DNA of 64,000 nucleotides from positions 64,001 through 128,000 of the IMG/VR virus record IMGVR_UViG_3300022602_000031. One strand, 5' to 3'. Source of the stretch: a virus. Both the position numbers and the translations under genes were made by a program. The number at the start of each line of letters is the position of its first letter. Positions within the stretch are counted from its first letter, which is position 1. The notes under the pieces are model-generated. The model saw only the letters and a program-made list of their open reading frames with translations, had not been told where the DNA came from and ran no database searches. Of this stretch, positions 37,680 to 47,889 are shown piece by piece.

Positions 37680-38832
37680 GACAGTAAAGGCTCGACATAA
37701 GGCACAACGTAATCCGGCACTACACGATGAAAAGTATACCGGTGGCGAACCAGTGTGGGACACTGAACGTGCCTTGGCAATGTCTAAAGAAGACTTTGAC
37801 CATCATATGCGTAAGAGTTTTTACTACTACAATTATTACTACAATCAAAAAGACTGTAAGAAGTATGTAGTTGAGTGGTTAAAGAAAACAGCCGAATTTA
37901 CCAAAGAGGAAATTAAAGCCTACGAGCGTAGTCCGGATCGTGCTACAGAAATGACAGTATGTAGTTTGATTATGGCACATCGTCAAGGTATGCCATTGTT
38001 GGCTGAACACATAGCCTACATTGATACTCAAATTGAGCGAGCCATTACACACGCCACGGACGAAGTAGTTGAAGTTGCGGTGGATGCCAAACCCAAGGCC
38101 TATGTACCTACCATACAAGATCGTCTAAATGAAAAGACCAGCGAAACCATTGGCGAACTTGAAGGACACTACGATCAGTTTATCACCGACAAGAAATATA
38201 CATTCAAACCCTACGACTTTTTAGTAGCTAATAACGTACCACAAAGTCAACTTGGCAAATACGAAGAACTATTCCAACGACGTTTTGTGGAACTAGCACA
38301 GGCCTTTAATAAAGAGGACGAGCAGGTAGCTGAAGGTTACAGCCATTACAAAACAGCCGACTTTAAACGTATTATGGGCTTTATCGATCAAATACTAAAT
38401 GACATTATGGCCTATCGTAATGTTAAAAAAGCCACTAAGAAAGTTCGTGCTCCACGTAGTGTCAGCAAAGAAAAAGTTGTTGCTAAACTAAAATTTGCCA
38501 AAGAAGACAAAACGCTTAAAATTGTAAGTATCAACCCAGCCGACATCATTGGCGCACAAGAGCTGTGGGTTTACAACACTAAAACACGCAAGTTGGGCAA
38601 GTACATAGCTGATAGCATACGTGGCCCACTGAATGTTAAAGGTACTACAATTACCGGTTTTGATGAGTTTAAATCAGTGACAAAAACCCTGCGTAAACCC
38701 GAGGAAAAACTCAAAGAATTTGCTAAGGCTACTAAAGTACAGCTACGCAAATTCTTAGAAGATATCAAAGCTACAGATACCAAACTTAATGGCCGCATAA
38801 ACGCAGAAACGGTGCTACTCCGAGTTCAGTAA
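37663..38832 (+). CDS. Conserved hypothetical phage protein (389 aa)
   Basis: Long ORF with phage-like codon usage; C-terminal VYNTKTRKL…VKGTTITGFD…KTLRKP block. Confidence 0.75.
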   Translation: MKLNGKTVKARHKAQRNPALHDEKYTGGEPVWDTERALAMSKEDFDHHMRKSFYYYNYYYNQKDCKKYVVEWLKKTAEFTKEEIKAYERSPDRATEMTVCSLIMAHRQGMPLLAEHIAYIDTQIERAITHATDEVVEVAVDAKPKAYVPTIQDRLNEKTSETIGELEGHYDQFITDKKYTFKPYDFLVANNVPQSQLGKYEELFQRRFVELAQAFNKEDEQVAEGYSHYKTADFKRIMGFIDQILNDIMAYRNVKKATKKVRAPRSVSKEKVVAKLKFAKEDKTLKIVSINPADIIGAQELWVYNTKTRKLGKYIADSIRGPLNVKGTTITGFDEFKSVTKTLRKPEEKLKEFAKATKVQLRKFLEDIKATDTKLNGRINAETVLLRVQ

Positions 38833-38838
38833 TAAATA
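38833..38838 (+). promoter_or_regulatory. Late promoter core TAAATA
   Basis: AATAAATAC upstream of gp13, with SD GGAG. Confidence 0.65.
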
Positions 38839-38860
38839 CTGTATAACGGAGTAAAGCACA

Positions 38861-39808
38861 ATGACACCATTTACCGGTAATGTAGTAGAAGATCCCGGAT
38901 TCACAGCAAATCTAAACGTACAGACTAAAAGCCTGTACGACCCTACAACAGGATCCGGCCCCGGACACATCGAGTTTAATGGTACGCCTGACGTATATAC
39001 TCCTGGCAACACTGATCCAAATTGGCAGTACGGTGATACCACTAATAGCCTACGTGCCGCAATAACAGATTACATTCGTATGCGTTTGGCCGATGGCATT
39101 GTTGACGTTGAGCTAGACAAAGAACACTACGAAATGGGTATTAATCAGGCCCTGATTAGATATCGCCAACGTGCTCAAAATTCTACAGAAGAAAGTTATG
39201 TAAGTATGACTTTGCTTCCTGAAACACAAGAATACATACTACCAAAAGAAATTATGCAAGTGCGCCAAATCTTCCGCCGCGGTATTGGTAGCGTAACAGG
39301 TACTGGTAGCCAGTTTGAACCATTTAGTTCAGGCTATCTAAACACTTATATGTTGGTAGCCGGACGTGTTGGCGGATTAACTAACTACGAACTATTTGTT
39401 GACTATCAAAAACTAGCAATGAAGATGTTTGGTGGACACATTAATTTTACCTTTAATCCGATTACTAAAAAGTTAACATTGGTTCGTAAAATGCCTTGGC
39501 AAGGCGCCAACCCAGATCAAACACAAATGGAAAATGTTTTACTTTGGGTATTCAATCAAAAACCGGACCAAATGTTGTTTAACGACCCCTACATTTATCC
39601 TTGGATCCAAGAGTATGCCTACAACTTCTGTAAAATGATCCTAGGTGAAGCTCGCGAAAAGTTTGGCCAAATTGCTGGACCACAAGGTGGTACTACACTA
39701 AATGGTGCTACCCTAAAAGGCGAAGCCAAAGAGGGTATGGAAAAGCTCGAAGAAGAACTCAAACAATATGTGGACAACAGTCAGCCCTTAACTTGGTTAA
39801 TGGGATAA
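38861..39808 (+). CDS. gp13: Neck protein/head-tail adaptor, gp13-like
   Basis: ITDYIRMRL…VDVEL…; WIQEYA…K..LGEAR.KF…PQGG..LNG..LK.EA. Confidence 0.85.
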   Translation: MTPFTGNVVEDPGFTANLNVQTKSLYDPTTGSGPGHIEFNGTPDVYTPGNTDPNWQYGDTTNSLRAAITDYIRMRLADGIVDVELDKEHYEMGINQALIRYRQRAQNSTEESYVSMTLLPETQEYILPKEIMQVRQIFRRGIGSVTGTGSQFEPFSSGYLNTYMLVAGRVGGLTNYELFVDYQKLAMKMFGGHINFTFNPITKKLTLVRKMPWQGANPDQTQMENVLLWVFNQKPDQMLFNDPYIYPWIQEYAYNFCKMILGEAREKFGQIAGPQGGTTLNGATLKGEAKEGMEKLEEELKQYVDNSQPLTWLMG

Positions 39809-39812
39809 TATC

Positions 39813-40430
39813 GTGCGTATTGACGAAGTGTTGGGATTACCAGTTCCAGGAAAAACAACATCAATCAGAATTACTCCACCATTAGAAAGACCACAGGCTC
39901 ATAAACTTTTAAGTTTGGCAGATGTTTGTCCTAGCCAAAATAATCCTGAGTATGTTACAATAAGTTGGAAACAGACAGCTAAATCAGTATTACAACAAAA
40001 AGGATTGTATATTTGGACTCATCCAACGTTTGGTATTTTTTATGTAGGTATTGCTCGGGCAGATAATTTAGGGCAAAGATGGGATGCACATACTCAGAAA
40101 TTATTAAATCGTGCTAAAGTTTACTATCCCAAAAGATGGAAAGAATTTGCTCAGATTTTTTTAGCACAAGGTGTTAGTGCGTTAGACAGCAGTCAGGTTG
40201 CTAAAGATTTAGAAGGAATTAAAATTTATTTTTATCCAATTAACAAACCTGGAAATATTACCGATAAAGACTATGCTCGTGCTATTGAAGATTTGGAAAC
40301 ACGTATAGAAGCCAGATGGAACCCCAGGGCGCAAGGAAAATATAATCCAAATTTCCCAACTGTAACAAAAAATACCGACAACACAATTCCACGAGATCCC
40401 CGCGGAATGGTAAACCTTAAAAAGAAATAG
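39813..40430 (+). CDS. GIY-YIG-family nuclease (GTG start)
   Basis: GLYIW…FYVGIA…QRWDAH…LET…WNP; visibly more AT-rich than its neighbours. Confidence 0.65.
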   Translation: MRIDEVLGLPVPGKTTSIRITPPLERPQAHKLLSLADVCPSQNNPEYVTISWKQTAKSVLQQKGLYIWTHPTFGIFYVGIARADNLGQRWDAHTQKLLNRAKVYYPKRWKEFAQIFLAQGVSALDSSQVAKDLEGIKIYFYPINKPGNITDKDYARAIEDLETRIEARWNPRAQGKYNPNFPTVTKNTDNTIPRDPRGMVNLKKK

Positions 40431-40459
40431 TTGACAAATACCAAAAAGTATGTAAAAAT
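40431..40459 (+). promoter_or_regulatory. Possible sigma70-type promoter for dNMP kinase
   Basis: Perfect TTGACA, but only a weak -10 region (TGTAAAAAT). Confidence 0.4.
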
Positions 40460-40485
40460 AGCCCTTAATAGAAGAGGGCTTTTTT
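40460..40485 (+). terminator. Probable intrinsic terminator
   Basis: AGCCCT…AGGGCT stem followed by a T tract. Confidence 0.65.
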
Positions 40486-41130
40486 ATGATCATCGGCGTA
40501 TGCGGTTTTATTGGTAGTGGTAAAGACACAGTAGCAGACTACTTGGTAAACTTTCACGAGTTTAGACGAGACAGTTTTGCCGCTACACTCAAGGACGCAG
40601 TCAGCGCAGTATTTGGCTGGGACAGAGAACTACTAGAAGGACGTACTAAAGAAGCACGTGCTTGGCGTGAGCAAGTAGATCCTTGGTGGGCACAACGATT
40701 GGATATGCCTAATCTATCCCCACGCTGGGTACTACAATATTGGGGCACAGAAGTAGCACGTAAGAGTTTCCATGATGATATATGGATTGCTAGCCTAGAA
40801 CACAAGCTACAGAGTTCTGGAGATAATATTATTATTAGTGATTGTAGGTTTCCAAATGAAATTAAAAGTATTAAAAACGCCGGCGGCAAAGTTCTTTGGG
40901 TACAGCGTGGTGATTTGCCTGAGTGGTATAGTTGTGCTTTACTCGATAATAAAAGTCAAGGTCGCCACGCTAGTGAAAGCAAAGAGAAAAAACAAATAGG
41001 TATGAAGTATCAGTACCCTAATGTACACGCCAGTGAGTGGGCCTGGATTGGTACTGAATTTGATGCCGAAATTGACAACAACGGAACTATTGAAGACCTG
41101 TACACACAGATTAAAAATCTGGTTCGATAG
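40486..41130 (+). CDS. gp1: Deoxynucleoside monophosphate kinase (T4 gene 1 family)
   Basis: IIGVCGFIGSGKDT P-loop, FAATLKD, PRWVLQYWGTE, ISDCRFPNE, HASE. Confidence 0.95.
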   Translation: MIIGVCGFIGSGKDTVADYLVNFHEFRRDSFAATLKDAVSAVFGWDRELLEGRTKEARAWREQVDPWWAQRLDMPNLSPRWVLQYWGTEVARKSFHDDIWIASLEHKLQSSGDNIIISDCRFPNEIKSIKNAGGKVLWVQRGDLPEWYSCALLDNKSQGRHASESKEKKQIGMKYQYPNVHASEWAWIGTEFDAEIDNNGTIEDLYTQIKNLVR

Positions 41131-41461
41131 GGGCGGCTTTCCACGGTAGCTTATTACCTTGTATTTCTATTCTGCAGTTAGCACAAACAGTTTTTAAATT
41201 AAGCCAGTTGTTGTTTTTAAGATTGCCGTCAACATGAAACACTGACATTTGCCGAGCAGTTTTAGATTTAAAGTTACAGAGTTCGCAACGTTCTTTTTTC
41301 TTATAGCCCGACTTTGCCCACGCTGGCGGTTGCGGTTTTAATTTCTTCCCTTTACGAATGCAGGCCGCACAGGTATTTCTATAATGCCTAACACCATCAC
41401 GAATATAGTTGATAGCAACCAAACTATCTAAACATATTGGACATAAATCGCGTTTTAGCAT
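41111..41461 (-). CDS. Zinc-finger HNH-like protein
   Basis: CPIC, CAAC, CELC, HVDGNLKNN..LNLKTVCANC. Confidence 0.75.
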   Translation of the reverse strand: MLKRDLCPICLDSLVAINYIRDGVRHYRNTCAACIRKGKKLKPQPPAWAKSGYKKKERCELCNFKSKTARQMSVFHVDGNLKNNNWLNLKTVCANCRIEIQGNKLPWKAAPIEPDF

Positions 41462-41466
41462 ATAGT

Positions 41467-41472
41467 TATTTA
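41467..41472 (-). promoter_or_regulatory. Late promoter core TAAATA, leaderless geometry
   Basis: Minus strand GTAAATA-ACTAT-ATG. Confidence 0.6.
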
Positions 41473-41525
41473 CACTAAACCTTTACAAAGGCTCCTGTAA
41501 CACGGCAAATTTTGGTTCATTCCGA

Positions 41526-41531
41526 TAAATA
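41526..41531 (+). promoter_or_regulatory. Late promoter core TAAATA for the sheath gene
   Basis: CGATAAATAA upstream of SD AAAGGA and ATG 41564. Confidence 0.68.
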
Positions 41532-41563
41532 ACTTTAACTATGTATTATAAAGGAACATAACC

Positions 41564-44500
41564 ATGGCACTAGTATCCCCAGGAATTCAAATTTCCGTAA
41601 CCGATCAAAGTCAATACGTACCAAATCAGGTCGGTTCAGTACCACTAGTTTTATTAGCTACAGCGCAAGATAAAGCATATAACGGCTCTGTAGCGTCAGG
41701 CACAACCAAAGCCAATGCTGGCAAACTATTAAGTTTTACAAGTCAACGTGACTTAGTAACTGGAATGGGACTTCCAAGTTTCCAGATTAGTTCAGCTGGT
41801 ACACCGGTTAATGCTAGCGAAGTTAGCGAATACGGCTTAATGGCAGCTTACTCAGCATTGGGACTAGGCAATCAATTGTTTGCTATTCGTGCTGATATTG
41901 ACCTAGCACAATTAACCGGCACAGCTAATCGTCCAGTTGGAATGCCAATGGATGGTACATACTGGTTGAATCTAGCAACTACAGAATTTGGTATCTACAG
42001 TTTAAATCGTAACACTGGCGGGTTTGATCATATCGAGCCTTGGTTATTAACAGACCTAACACAATTAACTAATGACACATTTGGTTATTATGGTGGCACT
42101 CCATTTGCTTACCCAAGCAACTCAGTTGGCGCCATCGGCGACTACGCTGTTGTATTTGTAAACGACAGCTCAAGCACAGCAACAACTGATGGATTACCTG
42201 GCACAAGCGCACCAATCCTACGTTTATTCTACAAAGCAGGACGCTATGGTAGTTCTAGCGCAGGTAATTCTGCACTAGGCGTAAGTGTTGATGGTAGCGA
42301 TAATATCACTGGCACATTGTCAAATCAATGGGTTGAAGTTGGTAGCAAAGATTGGCAACGTAGTATTCCTGTATGGCAGTCAAGCAAGATTGATGGTAAC
42401 TTATCAATCCCATCTTCTGGCATTAGTTCAGGTGACACATTGTTTAGTATCAACGGTGTTAATGTTATTGTAAATACAACCAATTTCCCAGGTTGGGTAA
42501 GTGGTGTAGCATATCCATTGACAGCGTCTAGACTAGCTACAGCAATTAATACAGCAAATACTGGTAGCACACACATTACTGGTGTTTATGCTCAGTCAAA
42601 CGGTGGTGTACTATATCTATACGCAACTAGCGCCGCAGACAGTACAGGTGCCAACGCTGGCTTATCTACAGCTGATACCGGCGTACTTGTAACTGGCGGT
42701 AAGATTTCAGGAACTACACTTTTAGGATTGGGTATTCCAACAACTGTTCAAGGTAGCCCATATTTCTTCTACGGTGACTACGCAAGTGCTCCAACTACAT
42801 CTGGTGGCGCATATCAAGGTTGGGGTCTAAGCACAACTGATACAATGCCACGTCCAAGTAGCTCTGTGTGGTGGAAAACTTCTGCTTTAGGTGGCGGTTG
42901 GAATCCGGTGCTTGAGCAATACAGCGCAAGCTCAGACCAATGGACAGCGGTCAGTGCTCCAATGTATCAAAACATTCCTACAGCATTAGCTAGTTTAGAT
43001 CCAACAGGTGGTGGCGTAAGCGTACCAGCTGGTCAGGTTATTGCTGAGTTTTATATCAGCGACAATTCACGTGGTAACAATTTACGTTTCCAGGTTAAAG
43101 GTCAAAGCACATCTGCTTCAGCAACTGGCGGTGTAATTGATTACAACACCAGTGGATTTGCGGCAGCCTTGGCAGCAGACCATAGCCAATACTTTACTGT
43201 AAGTGCTACATATCCAGGATTAGCTTCATTGATTAATTATGGTCTAGTATCTACAGCGGCTAGTGGTACAGCGTGTACTCCAGCAAGTATTGTACAACAA
43301 ATTTTATCATTGAATATTCCTTATGTAACTGCTAGTATTTCAACAACTGGTGGTAGCACAGGAACAATTCCAAGTAGCGAACAACAAACAATTACACTAA
43401 CACATACATTAGGTGGTCAAATTGTATTGACTCCAAGTAACAGTAGCGGTGTAGCATTGGGTAGCCCAAATACATTATTAGGTGACCTAGGTTTCCGTTC
43501 TAATGTTAATCCAGCACTAAATGGTTCTGGTTACTCAGTTAATGCAACAAATGGTAAGGTTATTATCAGTAGTTTCTCAAACATCACTAACGATATTAAT
43601 TACACTACATCAAGCCCATACACAGCACCAGCTGATGGTACATACTGGTACTACAGCAACTTTGCCGATGTAGATATTATGATCAACAACGGCGGTCATT
43701 GGAAAGGTTACAAAAACGTTACTAACGATATCCGTAACTATCCATTGAACCAAACAGATCCAAACGGTGTTATTGTTGCGGCAAGTGCCCCAACAAGTCA
43801 AACAGATGCAACAGCACTAGTAGCCGGTGACATTTGGTTAGACAGCAGTGATTTAGTTAACTATCCTAAATTAAGTCGTTGGGATGGTTCTAAGTGGGTA
43901 GCAATTGATAACACAGACCACGTGACAGCAAACGGTATTATATTTGCTGATGCACGTTGGGACACAAATGGTCAGACTGATGTTATTAACGCCAGCTTCC
44001 CAAGTATTACATCACTATTGACTAGTGACTACTTAGATCAAGACGCACCAGATCCACGTCGTTATCCAAAAGGTACATTGTTGTTTAATACACGTCGTTC
44101 AGGTTTCAACGTTAAACGTTACGTTAAGAACTATTTTAACAATGTTAGCTATCCTAACCCAGGTTCAATCCCAGGTACATCCAATTCATTACCACAAATT
44201 GCTGATGCATGGGTAAGCGACAGCGGTACAGATAGCAAAGGTCGTATGCTAGCAGGTTCTGCCGCGCAACGTGCTATTGTTGTTGCCGCAATGAAATCCG
44301 CAGTTGACTCTAACTTAGATGTTCGTGAAGACAGCTACGCATTTAATATTATTTGCGCTCCTGGTTATCCAGAGTTGATTCCTAATATGGTATCATTAAA
44401 TGATGACCGTAGTGATACAGCGTTTATCATTGGCGACACACCATTGACATTAGGCACAAACATTGTAGATATTACTAACTGGGAAACAGATGCAGATGGT

Positions 44501-45193
44501 TCTGGTTTAGCAACAGCAAGTCCATACTTAGCTGTATACTACCCAGCAGGTTTAACAAACGACTTATCTGGTAACGCAGTTGTAGTCCCAGCTAGCCACG
44601 CTGTTCTACGTACATTCTTGTACAGCGACAATGTAAGCTATCCTTGGTTTGCTCCAGCTGGTGTAAACCGTGGCTTGGTAAGTAACCTAAGCGATGTTGG
44701 TTATGTTAATGCCGCAACTGGTACATTTGTACACAATGCTGTTAATCAAGGCTTACGTGATGCGCTTTACAATTTAAAACTTAACCCAATTACTCAACTA
44801 CCTAACGTTGGTTTAGTAGTTTGGGGTCAAGAAACACGCAGTGGTGATAGTACAGCACGTAATCGTGTAAACGTAGTACGTTTAGAAAACTACTTACGTA
44901 CAATCTTCAAGCGTGTAAGTAATGGTTACTTGTTTGAACCTAACGATACAATTACTCGTAAGAGTATCGCAAGTCAAATTGAAAGTGCGTTACACGACCT
45001 ATTGAGCAAGCGCGGTTTGTATGACTTCTTGGTAATTTGTGATACAAGCAATAACACATCAAGCACAATCGCTAATAATCAATTGTTTGTTGATGTAGCA
45101 ATTGAGCCAATGAAGGATGTCGAGTTTATCTACATTCCAATAGCATTGTATAACCCAGGTGCTATCGCAACCTTGGGCCAACAGTCAACCTAA
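41564..45193 (+). CDS. gp18: Contractile tail sheath protein (1209 aa, large insertion)
   Basis: LVSPGIQISVTDQSQY N-terminus; C-terminal PWFAPAG.NRG, NPI…WGQET…RVNVVRL…LFEPND..TR…EFIYIP. Confidence 0.95.
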   Translation: MALVSPGIQISVTDQSQYVPNQVGSVPLVLLATAQDKAYNGSVASGTTKANAGKLLSFTSQRDLVTGMGLPSFQISSAGTPVNASEVSEYGLMAAYSALGLGNQLFAIRADIDLAQLTGTANRPVGMPMDGTYWLNLATTEFGIYSLNRNTGGFDHIEPWLLTDLTQLTNDTFGYYGGTPFAYPSNSVGAIGDYAVVFVNDSSSTATTDGLPGTSAPILRLFYKAGRYGSSSAGNSALGVSVDGSDNITGTLSNQWVEVGSKDWQRSIPVWQSSKIDGNLSIPSSGISSGDTLFSINGVNVIVNTTNFPGWVSGVAYPLTASRLATAINTANTGSTHITGVYAQSNGGVLYLYATSAADSTGANAGLSTADTGVLVTGGKISGTTLLGLGIPTTVQGSPYFFYGDYASAPTTSGGAYQGWGLSTTDTMPRPSSSVWWKTSALGGGWNPVLEQYSASSDQWTAVSAPMYQNIPTALASLDPTGGGVSVPAGQVIAEFYISDNSRGNNLRFQVKGQSTSASATGGVIDYNTSGFAAALAADHSQYFTVSATYPGLASLINYGLVSTAASGTACTPASIVQQILSLNIPYVTASISTTGGSTGTIPSSEQQTITLTHTLGGQIVLTPSNSSGVALGSPNTLLGDLGFRSNVNPALNGSGYSVNATNGKVIISSFSNITNDINYTTSSPYTAPADGTYWYYSNFADVDIMINNGGHWKGYKNVTNDIRNYPLNQTDPNGVIVAASAPTSQTDATALVAGDIWLDSSDLVNYPKLSRWDGSKWVAIDNTDHVTANGIIFADARWDTNGQTDVINASFPSITSLLTSDYLDQDAPDPRRYPKGTLLFNTRRSGFNVKRYVKNYFNNVSYPNPGSIPGTSNSLPQIADAWVSDSGTDSKGRMLAGSAAQRAIVVAAMKSAVDSNLDVREDSYAFNIICAPGYPELIPNMVSLNDDRSDTAFIIGDTPLTLGTNIVDITNWETDADGSGLATASPYLAVYYPAGLTNDLSGNAVVVPASHAVLRTFLYSDNVSYPWFAPAGVNRGLVSNLSDVGYVNAATGTFVHNAVNQGLRDALYNLKLNPITQLPNVGLVVWGQETRSGDSTARNRVNVVRLENYLRTIFKRVSNGYLFEPNDTITRKSIASQIESALHDLLSKRGLYDFLVICDTSNNTSSTIANNQLFVDVAIEPMKDVEFIYIPIALYNPGAIATLGQQST

Positions 45194-45202
45194 GAATATA
45201 GA

Positions 45203-45208
45203 TAAATA
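45203..45208 (+). promoter_or_regulatory. Late promoter core TAAATA for the tube gene
   Basis: AGATAAATAA upstream of SD AGGAG and ATG 45227. Confidence 0.68.
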
Positions 45209-45226
45209 AGAATATAGGAGAATAAC

Positions 45227-45841
45227 ATGGCCGTAGCAAGTTTAAGTAAATTTACAGTACCATTGGCAAACAATCAAAGCCCTGACAACCAGGGCTTGTT
45301 GATGCCAAAACTCAAATATCGTTTCCGTGCGACATTTGTTAGTTTTGGTGCTACAGGGACAGGTACAACAGAGCTAACAAAACAGGTTCAGGATATCAAA
45401 CGTCCTAACGTAAACTTTAACCCAATTACTATTGATGTTTACAACAGTAAGGTGTTCTTACAAGGTAAACCAGAATGGCAAGAGACTACAGTTTCATTAC
45501 GTGATGACAGCTCTGGTGCAGTAAGCAAGTTGGTTGGACAACAAATCCAGAAGCAATTTGATTTCTTAGAGCAAGCTAGTGCTCCAAGTGGTATCAACTA
45601 CAAGTTCCAATTGGAGTTTGATATGTTGGATGGTGGTAACGGCGCTATTGCTCCAACAGTACTTGAATCTTGGGTACTTGATGGTTGTTTCCTAAGTCAG
45701 GTTGACTATGGAGACATGGCTTATAACTCAAGTGATCCTGCATTGATTACACTAAACATTAAATTTGATAACGCGACACAAACTTATGGTACAGCTGGTT
45801 CTAATTGGCCAACTAATACCCCAGGCGATACAGTTAACTAA
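45227..45841 (+). CDS. gp19: Tail tube protein
   Basis: Follows the sheath gene; LKYRFR, GKPEWQE.T..LRDD, L..LD.GNG…W.L.GCF…YGD..Y. Confidence 0.9.
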   Translation: MAVASLSKFTVPLANNQSPDNQGLLMPKLKYRFRATFVSFGATGTGTTELTKQVQDIKRPNVNFNPITIDVYNSKVFLQGKPEWQETTVSLRDDSSGAVSKLVGQQIQKQFDFLEQASAPSGINYKFQLEFDMLDGGNGAIAPTVLESWVLDGCFLSQVDYGDMAYNSSDPALITLNIKFDNATQTYGTAGSNWPTNTPGDTVN

Positions 45842-45862
45842 TTTAAACGAAAATTTAAAACA

Positions 45863-45889
45863 GCCCGGCTTAAAACACCGGGTTTTTTT
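45863..45889 (+). terminator. Intrinsic terminator after the tube gene
   Basis: GCCCGG-N9-CCGGGT followed by a T tract. Confidence 0.8.
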
Positions 45890-45895
45890 ATGAGA

Positions 45896-45901
45896 TAAAT
45901 A
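45896..45901 (+). promoter_or_regulatory. Late promoter core TAAATA, leaderless geometry
   Basis: GATAAATA-TTGTT-ATG 45907. Confidence 0.62.
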
Positions 45902-45906
45902 TTGTT

Positions 45907-47496
45907 ATGGCCTTACAAAACACTACGCTTCGCAGTTACCAACACGCTAGTCGAATTTTTACTGATGGTAATTTCCGACTAAGCCCCAAGTACGGTTTTC
46001 TATTTTATGTTGAATTTGATTTTAATCCGTTAATTACTAGTGTTAGCAATAACGCCGCCCAAGAACTTGGAATGATTGTTAAAACGGTATCGTTACCAAA
46101 ATTTACAGTCGATCATAAAATACAAAATGCCTACAATCGTGTAAACATCAGTCAGCATAAAATTAAATACGATCCGGTACAAATTACATTCCACGATGAC
46201 CAGGCCGACGTGGTTCGTAATTTTTGGTATGACTATTATAGTTTTTACTACAGAGACAGTGACTACGCTGATGCAACATATCAAGGTATAAGCAAATATC
46301 AACGCCGCCCAACATTTGATTGGGGATATAGTCTTCGTCCAACACTAGGCAAATATGTTAGTAGTGGGCAATACCAACCCTACCAATATATTCAGGGTAT
46401 TCGAATTTATAGTTTATATCAAAAAAACTTTAGCGAATATCAGTTAGTTAATCCAACAATTATTAGTTTTAGTCACGGTGAACATAACCAGGCAGACAAT
46501 AATGGCCTAGTACAACACTCAATGAGTATTCAATTTGAAACAGTAAAGTATCTAACTGGCTATACAACAGGAAGCACAGCTGGCGGATATATAGACTTAC
46601 ACTACGACAATACCCCAAGTCCAAATGCCAATGGTCAAAATGTAAATCAGATAGCTGATGACATGGGCGGAACAGTACAGACTTCAACTGACGTTATAGA
46701 TTTAGCATATACTAATCCGTTAACTGATCCATTGAGAGGATTTAGTAATGGTATATCAATGGGCATTAATGCTGTTGGCGGACAAGGCGGGGCTTTATCT
46801 TTTGGTCAGGCATTTCAATCTGCTACAAATCAATCTGGTGCCAATGGTGCCGGTGGTGGCTTTAATATTCCAACCCTAGGTAGTTTAACACAAGGCGCAA
46901 CAAACGCAAGTCTGGTTGCCGCACAGCTACAAACAGCCGCATCAACAATAGCTGGTACTGTTACAGCTAATTTTGCCAATGGTGTTGTAGGCGGTATTGC
47001 TAAAGGACTTGGTCCACAGGGAGGCGCTATTGTTGGCGGTATTGCTAGTGCTATTATCAATCCTAAGGCCGCATTAGCCGCAGTTGAAAATATTGCGGTA
47101 ACCTATGTAACACAAAAAGTTGCACAGTGGGCTATTAACACCACTACACCGTATATAAATGATTTATCAAATGCTATTGCTAAAGGTGTTAATAATTATA
47201 TTACTCAACCAATTACATCAGCTTTTGGAGATGTGTCATCATACGCATCAGCACAATACCAGGCTTTTGTTGGCGGCGGAACTGTTGTAAATTCTGTTGG
47301 TGCTAGTGGAGCATCTTATGTTGCAGTTGGCCCTGGCGATATACTAGGCTCTCAAGATTATGCATTAGGTCTTGCCGCAGGCGGAGCAACATCGGAACAA
47401 ATTTCTACTTCACTACAAACTCTTGGGTTTGATCCAGCGATTGCTGATTTATATGGCTACCAGGCTGTTAACATTGGCTCATTTGTTAACCTTTAA
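45907..47496 (+). CDS. Tail-tube-fold baseplate/tube initiator (gp54/gp48-like) with Gly/Ala-rich extension
   Basis: VKTVSLPKF…NAYNR…IKYDPV.ITFHDD…L.NP.I.SF.H…..I.FE tube-like N-terminal half. Confidence 0.65.
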   Translation: MALQNTTLRSYQHASRIFTDGNFRLSPKYGFLFYVEFDFNPLITSVSNNAAQELGMIVKTVSLPKFTVDHKIQNAYNRVNISQHKIKYDPVQITFHDDQADVVRNFWYDYYSFYYRDSDYADATYQGISKYQRRPTFDWGYSLRPTLGKYVSSGQYQPYQYIQGIRIYSLYQKNFSEYQLVNPTIISFSHGEHNQADNNGLVQHSMSIQFETVKYLTGYTTGSTAGGYIDLHYDNTPSPNANGQNVNQIADDMGGTVQTSTDVIDLAYTNPLTDPLRGFSNGISMGINAVGGQGGALSFGQAFQSATNQSGANGAGGGFNIPTLGSLTQGATNASLVAAQLQTAASTIAGTVTANFANGVVGGIAKGLGPQGGAIVGGIASAIINPKAALAAVENIAVTYVTQKVAQWAINTTTPYINDLSNAIAKGVNNYITQPITSAFGDVSSYASAQYQAFVGGGTVVNSVGASGASYVAVGPGDILGSQDYALGLAAGGATSEQISTSLQTLGFDPAIADLYGYQAVNIGSFVNL

Positions 47497-47499
47497 TCT

Positions 47500-47889
47500 A
47501 TGAATACAAATACCACTTCGGCAACAAACATATCTGGCCCAAATGCCAGTAGTGCCTCTAATTTAGATACTAATCAGTATTTTACAAATTTATATACAAT
47601 TGATCTAAGCATTGGCCCTGACACAAATGATGCGTTAGTGGCATTTTTTCAAGAGTACACTGGTAATAAAATTGCTGGACAAAATTTAGCCGGCACAGTA
47701 TTGTACACCGCCAAGGCTCAAAATTTAAATCCAATGTTGGTCTTGGACAATTTTCAAAAATTGCCTAAAGATCAAATGAATAGTTATTTGTTGGCTTTTT
47801 TAAATTCAACACGAGTGCCGACTAGCGCACTAGGTATCAAGACTACCAGTTCAACTAGTTCGTTCATTAAACGAACAATCTTATTATGA
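47500..47889 (+). CDS. Hypothetical baseplate-region protein
   Basis: 129-aa ORF coupled to gp4. Confidence 0.65.
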   Translation: MNTNTTSATNISGPNASSASNLDTNQYFTNLYTIDLSIGPDTNDALVAFFQEYTGNKIAGQNLAGTVLYTAKAQNLNPMLVLDNFQKLPKDQMNSYLLAFLNSTRVPTSALGIKTTSSTSSFIKRTILL

